Assembly (NCBI GenBank): GCA_028285545.1
Contig: JANQPA010000119.1
Span: 1 to 21,140, forward strand
Direction: 5' to 3'
From: Saprospiraceae bacterium
GTDB lineage: Bacteria; Bacteroidota; Bacteroidia; Chitinophagales; Saprospiraceae
Length of the DNA stretch: 21,140 nucleotides
The first letter of the stretch is position 1. Every line of letters begins with the position of its first letter. The notes under the pieces were generated by a model. The model was not told the DNA's origin. It did no database searches and was given only the letters and a program-made list of their open reading frames with translations. This document shows, in pieces, positions 7,239 through 15,862 of this stretch. The translations under genes and the position numbers were made by a program.

Positions 7239-9464
7239 TTAACCATGATCCTTTTCTATAAGACAGGTGTGGCAGCCATCATAACCTCGCTTAATAGCTC
7301 TATCTAATTGACTAAAGGCTATTTTATTTTTGGAAGACATTTTAGACACCCAGGGGCAATTCTTTCGATGCACCTCCTTGGTTCTTCTATTGGCTACAAA
7401 AGGAAAACGCCCTACATTCAGGCGTCTGGTGATTCTTCCCATTTCAAAACCACCTATTTTTTGAATAACTGCTAAATCAAAAGCTCCATCTGGAGTATCT
7501 TCCGGTAAAATGATTTTCAAGGAGGCCTGGATAATATCGCTACTTTTGAGTTCCATATTTTTTATTCTGGAAATACGGGAAGGTTTAACAGCCAAAAAAT
7601 GATATTTAGTAGAAGTTCTTTTCACTTGGATGTGTTCAAAAGTAGCTTGCTTGGTTAATCGATTTAATATTTTTAATTCTACCTCCGTACCTTCAGGAAG
7701 ATCTGTTAGATCTAAGCTTAGATCGCTCTTCAGACTTGTTCTTCGCCATCCTTGGATTAGGAAAGAGAAGTTTATGAGAGAGCCTGCAAAAATATCTTCC
7801 ACATCAAAATTTTTCCAGGTAACATTATTGCTTTCGCGGATGAGGTTTCGAAAATCATCAAGGCTTCGAATCCTGGAAAGATCAGGCTTGTCTTCTGTGG
7901 TCGTTCCAATTACTCCTACAAAACAATAGTGCCCAATAGCAGGGGCATTATTCCATCTCAAAGGGCCTACCACCCTAAATTCACCAGGTAATATATCATT
8001 GGCGGAAAGGGTACCTATTAAATTCCAGGAGTTAGGAGTGGGTAGTGTAGAGGGCATGGTCCAGTAGATGTCAATTTCTGCATCATCCTTTTGATAGCCT
8101 CGGTTTTGAAGCCGAGTGTAGATAAAATTACCTTGGCCTTCTTCCAGGGATTCAAAATGATGATCCTCAAATCGAGTAATCATATTGCCTAAAGCCTCTT
8201 GTGGGTTTACCAATTCTTGTCGAAAATGATTAATGTCCGGGCTCCTGGATAGACCACCATCTGCTAAAGGTTCCTCCCCTGTATCCTTTAAATTATCTCG
8301 AATGAATATATCGGAGGGGAGTTGTACGATCTCTATACAAAATTGGATTAAAGCAGCTGAGATCTCATCAATTACTGCTTCCCTTTCAGGCGAGGCGGGA
8401 GCAAACCCATCTCCAGTCTCAAGGGTGAATCCATGAACTTTTCTTAAAAATGGATTGACATAGCATCGGCTGTTGACATAATCCTGAGAGGTGCCTGTAG
8501 TAGGGGCAAGATCTACCGCCCTTTGAACAATATAACTTTTTCCTCTTACTTTGAGAATAGCCATTCGCATACTAATGCCCAGATTGACTCTCAGGAGGGT
8601 ATCTGCAGGATTAACATACTCTTTGTAACTGTCTCCTTCAGCCCCCATCTGTCCATGAAATTCAGTATTGCGAAAGTTCATATCTGGATTGGTGGTTTGA
8701 ACCTCATCAATTCCCCAATCATATAGAATTAATTGGCCGGAGCTATGAATATCAATAAAGAAGCTGATATTGGGATTGTCATCAAGAATCTGAACTACAT
8801 TTTTCGTTTCAGGTTCCGATGCGGCGCTGGGACCTATGTATCTACTGTTATCTGTTTGTTCACTACTATTTCTTCGAGCTGTTGGAGATAAATAATTATT
8901 AAAATCCCATAAAAAATCAAAATTTCTATTGATGTCGACTCCAAAGGTTCCATCACCATTATTCCGTCTATTTTTTCTCCATTTTGGACGCTCCTCTTCC
9001 GTTGCGGAAAAATGCCTGCCGTCAGGATTGGCCAGTGGGAATACAAAAATGTCCAATTGAGATACGATGGTTTGGATTTGTTCTGCTGTAAATTCATTTT
9101 CGTTAATGGTGATGCCTTCATTATTTTGATATGCATTGACCAAAATATTCATAAAATGAATGAGCGCATCAGGAGGCATCATTTCATTGCCGTGTATACC
9201 GCCTACAAAATAAACACCGACTCTTCCAGGGCCTGATCCATCTGCAATTTTTACGGCCTGGCAACGTCGTCCTTCATGGGTTCGGTGTGGTAAAAAGATG
9301 GGACTAGCCAGATGTGAAAACCTTTGGGTAACACGATCCATTTCTCTTTTAAAGTCGCTGACGCTTAAGTACATAGGTTTGGGATTTTTAACTTGTTTTA
9401 ACCGACTGAAGTCGGTTTTCCAGACATCCTGAAGGATATAGTACAGTATTAAGGGATTTCTCAA
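7239..9464 (-). CDS. M14-family zinc carboxypeptidase with a large C-terminal region ending in an Ada-like Zn-ribbon tail (741 aa). No signal peptide is evident.
   Basis: Zn-binding HxxE (GGIHGNEMM), second His ligand (FIDIHSSGQ) and catalytic Glu (HGFTLETG), in M14 order. The last ~50 aa (VHRKNCPW...NKIAFSQLDRAIKRGYDGCHTC) match the spacing of the Ada N-terminal zinc-binding motif. Confidence 0.8.
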   Translation of the reverse strand: MRNPLILYYILQDVWKTDFSRLKQVKNPKPMYLSVSDFKREMDRVTQRFSHLASPIFLPHRTHEGRRCQAVKIADGSGPGRVGVYFVGGIHGNEMMPPDALIHFMNILVNAYQNNEGITINENEFTAEQIQTIVSQLDIFVFPLANPDGRHFSATEEERPKWRKNRRNNGDGTFGVDINRNFDFLWDFNNYLSPTARRNSSEQTDNSRYIGPSAASEPETKNVVQILDDNPNISFFIDIHSSGQLILYDWGIDEVQTTNPDMNFRNTEFHGQMGAEGDSYKEYVNPADTLLRVNLGISMRMAILKVRGKSYIVQRAVDLAPTTGTSQDYVNSRCYVNPFLRKVHGFTLETGDGFAPASPEREAVIDEISAALIQFCIEIVQLPSDIFIRDNLKDTGEEPLADGGLSRSPDINHFRQELVNPQEALGNMITRFEDHHFESLEEGQGNFIYTRLQNRGYQKDDAEIDIYWTMPSTLPTPNSWNLIGTLSANDILPGEFRVVGPLRWNNAPAIGHYCFVGVIGTTTEDKPDLSRIRSLDDFRNLIRESNNVTWKNFDVEDIFAGSLINFSFLIQGWRRTSLKSDLSLDLTDLPEGTEVELKILNRLTKQATFEHIQVKRTSTKYHFLAVKPSRISRIKNMELKSSDIIQASLKIILPEDTPDGAFDLAVIQKIGGFEMGRITRRLNVGRFPFVANRRTKEVHRKNCPWVSKMSSKNKIAFSQLDRAIKRGYDGCHTCLIEKDHG

Positions 9465-9922
9465 TTTTTATTCAGATCCTCGCAATCCTCTGTTTCCACA
9501 GTATAAGCTAAGTTAACAATCTTCCAGGAGCCATCTAGTTTCATCAGGGAAAATACATCGATCCCGCAGTGAGAAAATTGGCCATTAATTATGAATTTAT
9601 AGGGCACCCAGGCTGAAGCTATGTTCTTATGAATCTTTATGTCAAAACTTATTGCCTCCTCTTTAACAGATGGCAAAGAATGGAGTCTGTTTTTATCATC
9701 ATAAAAAAAACGCATGGCTGCCTTTTGTAAACCATCCTGTTTTCTCATGGACCAGATTTGGCCATCTAAGTCCAGGGTGCTTTTTAAGAGGTTGGTATCT
9801 TTTTGTTCTAGCGATTGGAAGAATTGAAGGATGACATTTTTGATGGATTGTTCGTCGGTGGAGTTTTGGGCATGGCCTATTATTCCCGTAAATATGAAAA
9901 TTAGGAGTAGTATTTTTTTCAT
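9461..9922 (-). CDS. secreted NTF2-like / SnoaL-like (lumazine-binding-like) family protein (153 aa)
   Basis: Signal peptide (FTGIIGHAQ). The C-terminal cone-fold signature (ASAWVPYKFIINGQFSHCGIDVFSLMKLDGSWKIVNLAYT) is typical of NTF2-like DUF4440/lumazine_bd_2 proteins. A 4-nt overlap with the M14 gene suggests co-transcription. Confidence 0.7.
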   Translation of the reverse strand: MKKILLLIFIFTGIIGHAQNSTDEQSIKNVILQFFQSLEQKDTNLLKSTLDLDGQIWSMRKQDGLQKAAMRFFYDDKNRLHSLPSVKEEAISFDIKIHKNIASAWVPYKFIINGQFSHCGIDVFSLMKLDGSWKIVNLAYTVETEDCEDLNKN

Positions 9923-9946
9923 GGGTATTTATGCGAGAATTGATTT

Positions 9947-10189
9947 TCATTTATCCTCTCTTAGATTTTCTTCATTTAGCTTACCTAGTTCTTGGTTGAT
10001 CTCATCGGAGATTTCCTGAACTTCATCAGAGGTAGCTTTACTTTTGGAAACAAGTGTTTTGTATTTGATTAAATCTAAAAGCTCTTGTATGTCAGATAAT
10101 TCAATAAGACCTTTAGGGATGGATATGATTAATTCATTTGGATTGTTTGTAATCTTCATCTTGTCTACTTTTATTCTAACAATTACCAT
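9947..10189 (-). CDS. hypothetical small acidic protein (80 aa, or 70 aa from the internal Met at 10159)
   Basis: The ORF fits exactly between flanking genes. The sequence is charged and helical-looking. No recognisable motif. Confidence 0.35.
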   Translation of the reverse strand: MVIVRIKVDKMKITNNPNELIISIPKGLIELSDIQELLDLIKYKTLVSKSKATSDEVQEISDEINQELGKLNEENLREDK

Positions 10190-10291
10190 TCTAAAGGAAA
10201 AGTTCCTTTTTACGCAGAACTAGTAATATACTTGGATTTTTCGTGAAATCAAAGGGAGAGAATTCTATTCAAAGTTTGGATAGTGGCACTC

Positions 10292-10690
10292 CTATTCTAA
10301 AAGATGATTATCAATATATTCATTAATATAATTAATAATTTGATTTTGTTCTGTTGTTCTAAACTCAGTTTTTTCAAAAAAACAATTTGGAGGCCAAATT
10401 AATTGCTCTTTAATTGCAATAGTTCTTAATTCTCTCCAATCTTCTCTTTTAGTATTCTGAAAGGCCCAAATTCGCCATTTAACAATTCTAAAACTCCACC
10501 AAATCCAAGCTGAAATTATTCCTAGCATCATTCCAACTATCATTCCTAAATCAGTATAATCTTTAGATAAAATTTTGGGCGCAAGAATGATTGACCCTAG
10601 TGCAAAGATTGAGATAATTATGGCAACTGGAATGTTTACCGTTGTTTGCCCAACGCTAATTACTTTATCTATTGTTTGATATTGTTTCAC
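10292..10690 (-). CDS. hypothetical small membrane protein with 2 TM helices (132 aa)
   Basis: Two clear hydrophobic helices (IPVAIIISIFALGSIILAP and LGMIVGMMLGIISAWIWWSF). Same strand and immediately downstream of the giant ATPase gene. Confidence 0.6.
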   Translation of the reverse strand: MKQYQTIDKVISVGQTTVNIPVAIIISIFALGSIILAPKILSKDYTDLGMIVGMMLGIISAWIWWSFRIVKWRIWAFQNTKREDWRELRTIAIKEQLIWPPNCFFEKTEFRTTEQNQIINYINEYIDNHLLE

Positions 10691-10799
10691 TATGATAAAA
10701 AACTACCCTTTGAGCTATAAAAAAATTATGTACACTTTCATATTAAAATACTTTGATTCAATTTCTTTTATTACTCATTTAACCAAACTACTACTAGTC

Positions 10800-13700
10800 C
10801 TACTTCTTTTGATTTTTCTCAATCGCCTCCTTAATTCCTTCTACACCATCCGTAAAGGCAGACAACTGAGCAATCACCTGCCCCATCGGATTATTGGCAT
10901 CTACTCCCTTAAAGAGTTTGTTTTTATTGAAGGTCTTTTTAATTTCTTCCCATCTGGATTTTTCTTCCTCAGAGATCCAACCTAACATTTCCTTCAATTT
11001 TAACAAGTTGGCTTCTGCATCTGCCGTCAGCGTTTGTGCTTCGCCTTCATAGTGATCCAGGATAAGGGTTTGCAATTCCTGATCATTGAGGATAGGGACT
11101 ATTTTTTCTGCCAATTTATTCATGTCTCGATAAGAGCCTTGTAATTTAAAAGCGGGTTCTGTTCTATATTCATCAGACATGGCAGCTGAGCGGATGTATT
11201 CTTGGTTGACGGTAAGGATAGTATCCCTTACCAGTAATAGTTTACTTAAAACAGCCAGATATTCATTTGTATCTTCGGCACCATATTGTCCTTCAAACTC
11301 GGCACCATCCCTTGAGCCTGTTTCTGCAATTTTGATGAAGGTATACACATCCTTCATGTTTTTCCCTGCCAGGCGATTCAAGCTCGGATTAGAAGTCAAT
11401 GAGTTTTCAATATAACTCATCTTGAAGGCATCAGCAGTTTCTCCTATGATATCACCGAGGTTGTAAATATCTGCTCTGTTGGCAAGCATATCAGGAATTT
11501 GGAATTTAGCACCACTTTCGGTGTAGGGATTACCTGCCATAACTACGCAAAATCTTTTGCCACGCAAGTCATAGGTTTTACCTATTCCATTATAAACACC
11601 CTCAATTTTTCGCTGGGCATCACATAATGAGATGAATTTCTGTAAAAATTCAGGGTTGCAATGTTGGATATCGTCCAGGTATAACATAATATTATCGCCC
11701 ATCTCCAGGGAAAGATTGAGTTTGTTCAATTCTTTACGTGCGGCCATGCTTGGAGCATCCTCTGGAGCCAGAGAAGTGACTTCATGTCCAATAGCTGGGC
11801 CGTTTATTTTTACAAAGATCAAACCCAAGCGATTGGCAATATATTCCATCAATGTGGTCTTACCATAGCCAGGAGGTGATATTAGTAGTAACAAGCCCAT
11901 TCGATCGGTCCGTGTATCTTCTCCAACTGTTCCCAATTGTTTAGCAAAATTATTACCAAAAATAGGTAGGTATACCTTGTCAATTAGTTGATTGCGAACA
12001 AATGAACTTAGTACTCTAGGCTGAAATTCATTCAACTGTAACTTCTGACGATACTCTTCGTTCAGTTGTTTTTTTAGCGAGCTATAAGCTTCAAATTGTG
12101 GGCAAGCTTCTGTAGTGAAGTGCTCCAATTTATCCATAAACTGATGGAAGTCAAAAGCGTAAGTCCCATTTTCTAAAACGGCATGATCCCCATGAAAACC
12201 CATTAATTGAGCTTGGGTGGGAGTGTCAATTATTTTACTTTTTTCTAAATCCCCTGCCATAATCAACATACTGGCTTCATCAAGATAGGCCCATAGGTTG
12301 GCCTCTTCTATTTGTTCAATATAAGCTTGAAGCCATCTGCGAATAAGATTGAATTGTGGTCTGGACTGGCCATCCAATTCTTTAACAGAATTATTGAAAA
12401 TGGTGACGGCTTTTTTCTTTTTGATAAAGGCCTTAAAGTCCTTGCTTAGATCTACGGCCTCTTTACTGGCTACAAAATGCTCGGACCGGGCTAATTCCTT
12501 GAACAAATAATTGGCAACCCTAGAAGCTAATGCTTCAGGAAAAAGTCTAGATTCTCCTAAAAACAGGCCGATTTCCTGACTTAACTCTTCAATTAGATAA
12601 TCAAACTCATGAGTGTCTGGAAAAACTTGTAAAATTACTCCGGCACTTTTAAGTTGATTGTTTAGTAAGATCTTTCGTTCTTTTTTAGCAAAAAATAGCC
12701 AAAACAGCTTTCCACAAGCTCTTACCCTGGGCGTGAAATATAACAGATCCAGTCGATCCGAAAGATCCACTAATTGAGCTAAGATTTTAGCTGCATCCTC
12801 ATCATGGATACCTTTGGTATACCCTTCCTCATATCGGTTGGCAGCAAATTCCTGAACCAAGGGCAGAAGATCTTTTTTATTTTTCTTTAATACCTTTTGA
12901 GATGCTGTTTGATATATCTGAAAGGCCAGGTATTCTGATCGGTATACTTGATTATTTTCAGAAACCAGACTTTGATTCCAAACTTCTTTAGTGTCTAAAA
13001 ATCGAGGATCCTGGATGGGCTCATAAAATTCGGTGCCTGTTAAATGGAAACTCATTCCTCCATTATCTCTTACAATGGTCAATTCCAGCGGCTGGGTATT
13101 AACAGAAAACTGGTGTTTTCCCAATTTCATTACATTAGCGCCTCCAACATACAAATCCTGACGATCTCTCAATTGCCTTAAAGCCTCTTCCCTGAGGGAT
13201 TTGAGTCTTGTTTGAATGCCACCTGCTTTGTTGCTATCATCTTGTTCATTCAGATCGCGAATGATATCCCGAACTTTATCAACCATAAGGTCGGATGCAA
13301 AGAAGCTGTTTATTTCATTAATTTCTTTGAAAGCAGCGGTTCTTTTTTGTATCCCTTCCAGGATTCTATTTGCGGCATTTTGGAGAGCTGCTGTCCTGTT
13401 GTTTCGGGCTTCTACCAATGCATTTCTTCTGGTTTCAAAAGCACTGTAAACCTCTTCTCTTTTTTCTGCCAATGAGGTAGTGAATTCAGGGATTTCCACA
13501 AAGCGACTTTCCAGCTCCTCTAGTTGAACCATTAATTTGGAGAGGTACTCATCACATTTTTGTGGATTATCAGATACTTCCAAAAAGTTGATAATGCTTT
13601 GATCCAGTAGGCGCATCTGGGCATTAAATTCTGCTCCGGCCTCTGTTTTTGCCAGATGATCTTTTTTGCGCTTAATAGCTGCTTTGACCTGATTAAGGCG

Positions 13701-15695
13701 AGTAAATAGTACAGAGATATTATCAATGATGCGGGTACTTTGGGTGGCATCTTCGATTTTTAGATTACTGACAATCTCAATTAATAATTCCAGTTCAGTA
13801 CCAATTTGATTGGCACACTCTTCTAATTCGTTGGCTTTTTTGGCCGTATTTAGATCTTTGATTTCAGCCTCTCGGGCCTCAATTTTTTTATCATAGGGTA
13901 ATAATGCTTCATCTTGTAATAAAAATGAAATACATCCCTCGGATAATTGCTGACTATTGGTATCAATCTCCTCCTCCAGATGAGTGATGGTTTCGGTATT
14001 GGCATAGGGAAGATCCTTCAGACTAATTACCTCTCCACGTAATTGCCGCAGCTCAGCCAGAATTGTAACAAATTGGTCGACAGAGTCAAAAGATTGTCTG
14101 CGTATTTGATCAAATAAGTTTTGGGCATGGATTTGAACCTGGTTAATTTCCTCCTGGGTTTGTTTCTGACTTCTGACTTTCTTTTCATAAGCATCAATAG
14201 CGGCATTAGCTGTTTCTCGGATATCCGCCAGCGGCTCATTTAGCTGAAAAGTAGAAGCATCATTTAACCAATAGTAGGAATCGATGACATCGGTACATTT
14301 TTTTACCAGGTCATCATATAAATCAGCATAATTATCTTCTTTGCTGCTTAGTACCAGAATTTCCGTACATTCTGCCATGGCCCGAACAATGTCCTTATTG
14401 CCAATTTTGTACAGGTAAGAGTTGGTATGCTCGGACGGAACTTCTTCGCCGGCTACAAAAGGAGTTTGCCAGATTTGAATGACATGATGCTTGATGGGAT
14501 CTTCCTCAGATCGAAAATAACACAATTCTCCACCGGGAAATAGGGTGAAACCATTGCAAAGGATAGGGGTTTCGACCTTTTGTTCAATTACATTATAGTG
14601 CAATAAAACATAAATACCCTTCTTTTTATCGTAAAAAACATAGAGATAATCTTCACCATTGGGCGACACGATGCGCTTTTTAAAAAGCTTATTGCGCATA
14701 TCAGGATCGAAGATCTTGTACTCCCCGGTTTTTAGATAATAGCCATTGGCAAAAATTAAACCATGCTCATCCGGGAGCAGAACACCCGAATCTTCCAGGG
14801 AGTCAATGCGCTGCACTTCCTGCATTTTTTCATTAAAAACAAAATATCGATATTCCTCCTGGTAGGGACGAATTTTTAGGGCAATCAAATTACCCAGGTT
14901 CGCATATAAATACTCTGCATCATCAAGGGTCTGGTCCTTATATTCCACATCCTCACTATAAATACCTCGGCCATCCTCTGTATTATCTTCTACCTTAATG
15001 GTTAAATCGCCACCTACTGTTTCTACAAAAACACGATCAAGAACAGACACATGAGGATGATCTCCTTTTTTGTGATCATCACGTCCTAGTCTTTTCCATT
15101 TGAATTCATGTTGCTGAGGAAAACGAACCTCATGATCGGATCGATTATCAATATATTGAATGCCTTCATCGGTGATCAACCATTTGAAGGTTTTAAAATC
15201 ATCTCCTTTTTCCGTTAAATGGAATACCATATATAGGTAAGAACCTCTTTGAGAAAAACGAGCGAAGTAGGCATCCTTATAGTACCGATAAAGATTGGTG
15301 AAGTCCAGTTGAAATTTTTCATCGTCAAGAATGGACAAATCTTTTTCTACAAAACGCTGCTCTTTAAACTCATAAATGCTGAATACATCCTTGAGTTGAA
15401 TTCCTGAGCGAAGTCCCACATGCACATTATAGCCAAAGACACAGTTATTGCCAATGGCTACAATATCCCTGGCAATACAATAATTGCTAGTGTTGACACG
15501 GTCAGTAGCAATCAATTGTGTTTCTATGGCACCAAAAACTTCCTTTCTTGCACGATTCAATTCCTGCATCCGTTTCCTCAATTCAGTGGCTTGCGCATCG
15601 AGGCGGTTGCGAATTATTTCATAGGTGCCACTTTCTAGTTGTGGGTTGTGTTGTGTAGTATCTTGGATATTGCTTGACATTTGAAATGTATTCAA
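10800..15695 (-). CDS. giant multidomain protein (1631 aa): beta-rich N-terminal domain, then a long coiled coil, then an alpha-helical region, then a C-terminal MoxR/dynein-type (AAA_5-like) AAA+ ATPase
   Basis: The uninterrupted 4.9-kb ORF begins at a TTG at 15695; the first ATG is at 15680 (MSSNIQ...). Walker A LISPPGYGKTT is encoded at 11856-11870 and Walker B MLYLDDIQH follows. The VVMAGNPYTESGAKFQIPDMLANRADIY segment gives the sensor and arginine pattern of MoxR/McrB/dynein-like AAA+ domains. Heptad-rich E/K/L/Q segments are at about 13000-14100. Confidence 0.85.
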   Translation of the reverse strand: MNTFQMSSNIQDTTQHNPQLESGTYEIIRNRLDAQATELRKRMQELNRARKEVFGAIETQLIATDRVNTSNYCIARDIVAIGNNCVFGYNVHVGLRSGIQLKDVFSIYEFKEQRFVEKDLSILDDEKFQLDFTNLYRYYKDAYFARFSQRGSYLYMVFHLTEKGDDFKTFKWLITDEGIQYIDNRSDHEVRFPQQHEFKWKRLGRDDHKKGDHPHVSVLDRVFVETVGGDLTIKVEDNTEDGRGIYSEDVEYKDQTLDDAEYLYANLGNLIALKIRPYQEEYRYFVFNEKMQEVQRIDSLEDSGVLLPDEHGLIFANGYYLKTGEYKIFDPDMRNKLFKKRIVSPNGEDYLYVFYDKKKGIYVLLHYNVIEQKVETPILCNGFTLFPGGELCYFRSEEDPIKHHVIQIWQTPFVAGEEVPSEHTNSYLYKIGNKDIVRAMAECTEILVLSSKEDNYADLYDDLVKKCTDVIDSYYWLNDASTFQLNEPLADIRETANAAIDAYEKKVRSQKQTQEEINQVQIHAQNLFDQIRRQSFDSVDQFVTILAELRQLRGEVISLKDLPYANTETITHLEEEIDTNSQQLSEGCISFLLQDEALLPYDKKIEAREAEIKDLNTAKKANELEECANQIGTELELLIEIVSNLKIEDATQSTRIIDNISVLFTRLNQVKAAIKRKKDHLAKTEAGAEFNAQMRLLDQSIINFLEVSDNPQKCDEYLSKLMVQLEELESRFVEIPEFTTSLAEKREEVYSAFETRRNALVEARNNRTAALQNAANRILEGIQKRTAAFKEINEINSFFASDLMVDKVRDIIRDLNEQDDSNKAGGIQTRLKSLREEALRQLRDRQDLYVGGANVMKLGKHQFSVNTQPLELTIVRDNGGMSFHLTGTEFYEPIQDPRFLDTKEVWNQSLVSENNQVYRSEYLAFQIYQTASQKVLKKNKKDLLPLVQEFAANRYEEGYTKGIHDEDAAKILAQLVDLSDRLDLLYFTPRVRACGKLFWLFFAKKERKILLNNQLKSAGVILQVFPDTHEFDYLIEELSQEIGLFLGESRLFPEALASRVANYLFKELARSEHFVASKEAVDLSKDFKAFIKKKKAVTIFNNSVKELDGQSRPQFNLIRRWLQAYIEQIEEANLWAYLDEASMLIMAGDLEKSKIIDTPTQAQLMGFHGDHAVLENGTYAFDFHQFMDKLEHFTTEACPQFEAYSSLKKQLNEEYRQKLQLNEFQPRVLSSFVRNQLIDKVYLPIFGNNFAKQLGTVGEDTRTDRMGLLLLISPPGYGKTTLMEYIANRLGLIFVKINGPAIGHEVTSLAPEDAPSMAARKELNKLNLSLEMGDNIMLYLDDIQHCNPEFLQKFISLCDAQRKIEGVYNGIGKTYDLRGKRFCVVMAGNPYTESGAKFQIPDMLANRADIYNLGDIIGETADAFKMSYIENSLTSNPSLNRLAGKNMKDVYTFIKIAETGSRDGAEFEGQYGAEDTNEYLAVLSKLLLVRDTILTVNQEYIRSAAMSDEYRTEPAFKLQGSYRDMNKLAEKIVPILNDQELQTLILDHYEGEAQTLTADAEANLLKLKEMLGWISEEEKSRWEEIKKTFNKNKLFKGVDANNPMGQVIAQLSAFTDGVEGIKEAIEKNQKK

Positions 15696-15735
15696 GTTTT
15701 CAAGTTAGCAAGTTTTCAAGTTAACTTGCTAACTT
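15691..15735. promoter_or_regulatory. TTCAAGTT x4 tandem octamers overlapping a perfect 13-bp-stem hairpin, in the 5' region of the giant ATPase gene
   Basis: Four octamer copies: ttcaagtt, ttcaagtt, agcaagtt, ttcaagtt. aagttagcaagtt (15702-15714) pairs with aacttgctaactt (15723-15735), loop ttcaagtt. A T-tract follows on the plus strand (ctaggcttttt). Confidence 0.6.
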
Positions 15736-15862
15736 CTAGGCTTTTTGGAAAGATCTGATCTTCCTAAATTGTTCATGGCAGCCCTAGACTACCACGAACA
15801 AAACAATATGTCTCTATTTATCTCATGGCGCGATAGCGACATATATCTCTATCTGTCTCTTT

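Noticed and set aside
9699-10019. ORFs 9699-9950 (-) and 9831-10019 (+) overlapping the NTF2-like gene
   Set aside because: They are alternative-frame or antisense overlaps of a gene that has a clear signal peptide and fold signature. They are basic and low-complexity, so likely spurious.
10692-10985. ORF 10692-10985 (+), 97 aa
   Set aside because: It overlaps the 3' end of the giant minus-strand gene. It is low complexity, L/F/I-rich, and has no support.
15678-15695. TTG start at 15695 for the giant gene (the ORF track's first residue)
   Set aside because: An in-frame ATG at 15680 (MSSNIQ) is the more plausible initiator. The extra five N-terminal residues come from translating a TTG, so the start is uncertain by 15 nt.
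15736-15862. Possible tRNA or small RNA gene in the 180-bp gap between flotillin and the giant gene
   Set aside because: No cloverleaf-compatible segments and no T-loop GTTCGA/A-box-like motifs were recognised. Only the hairpin and repeat element were seen.
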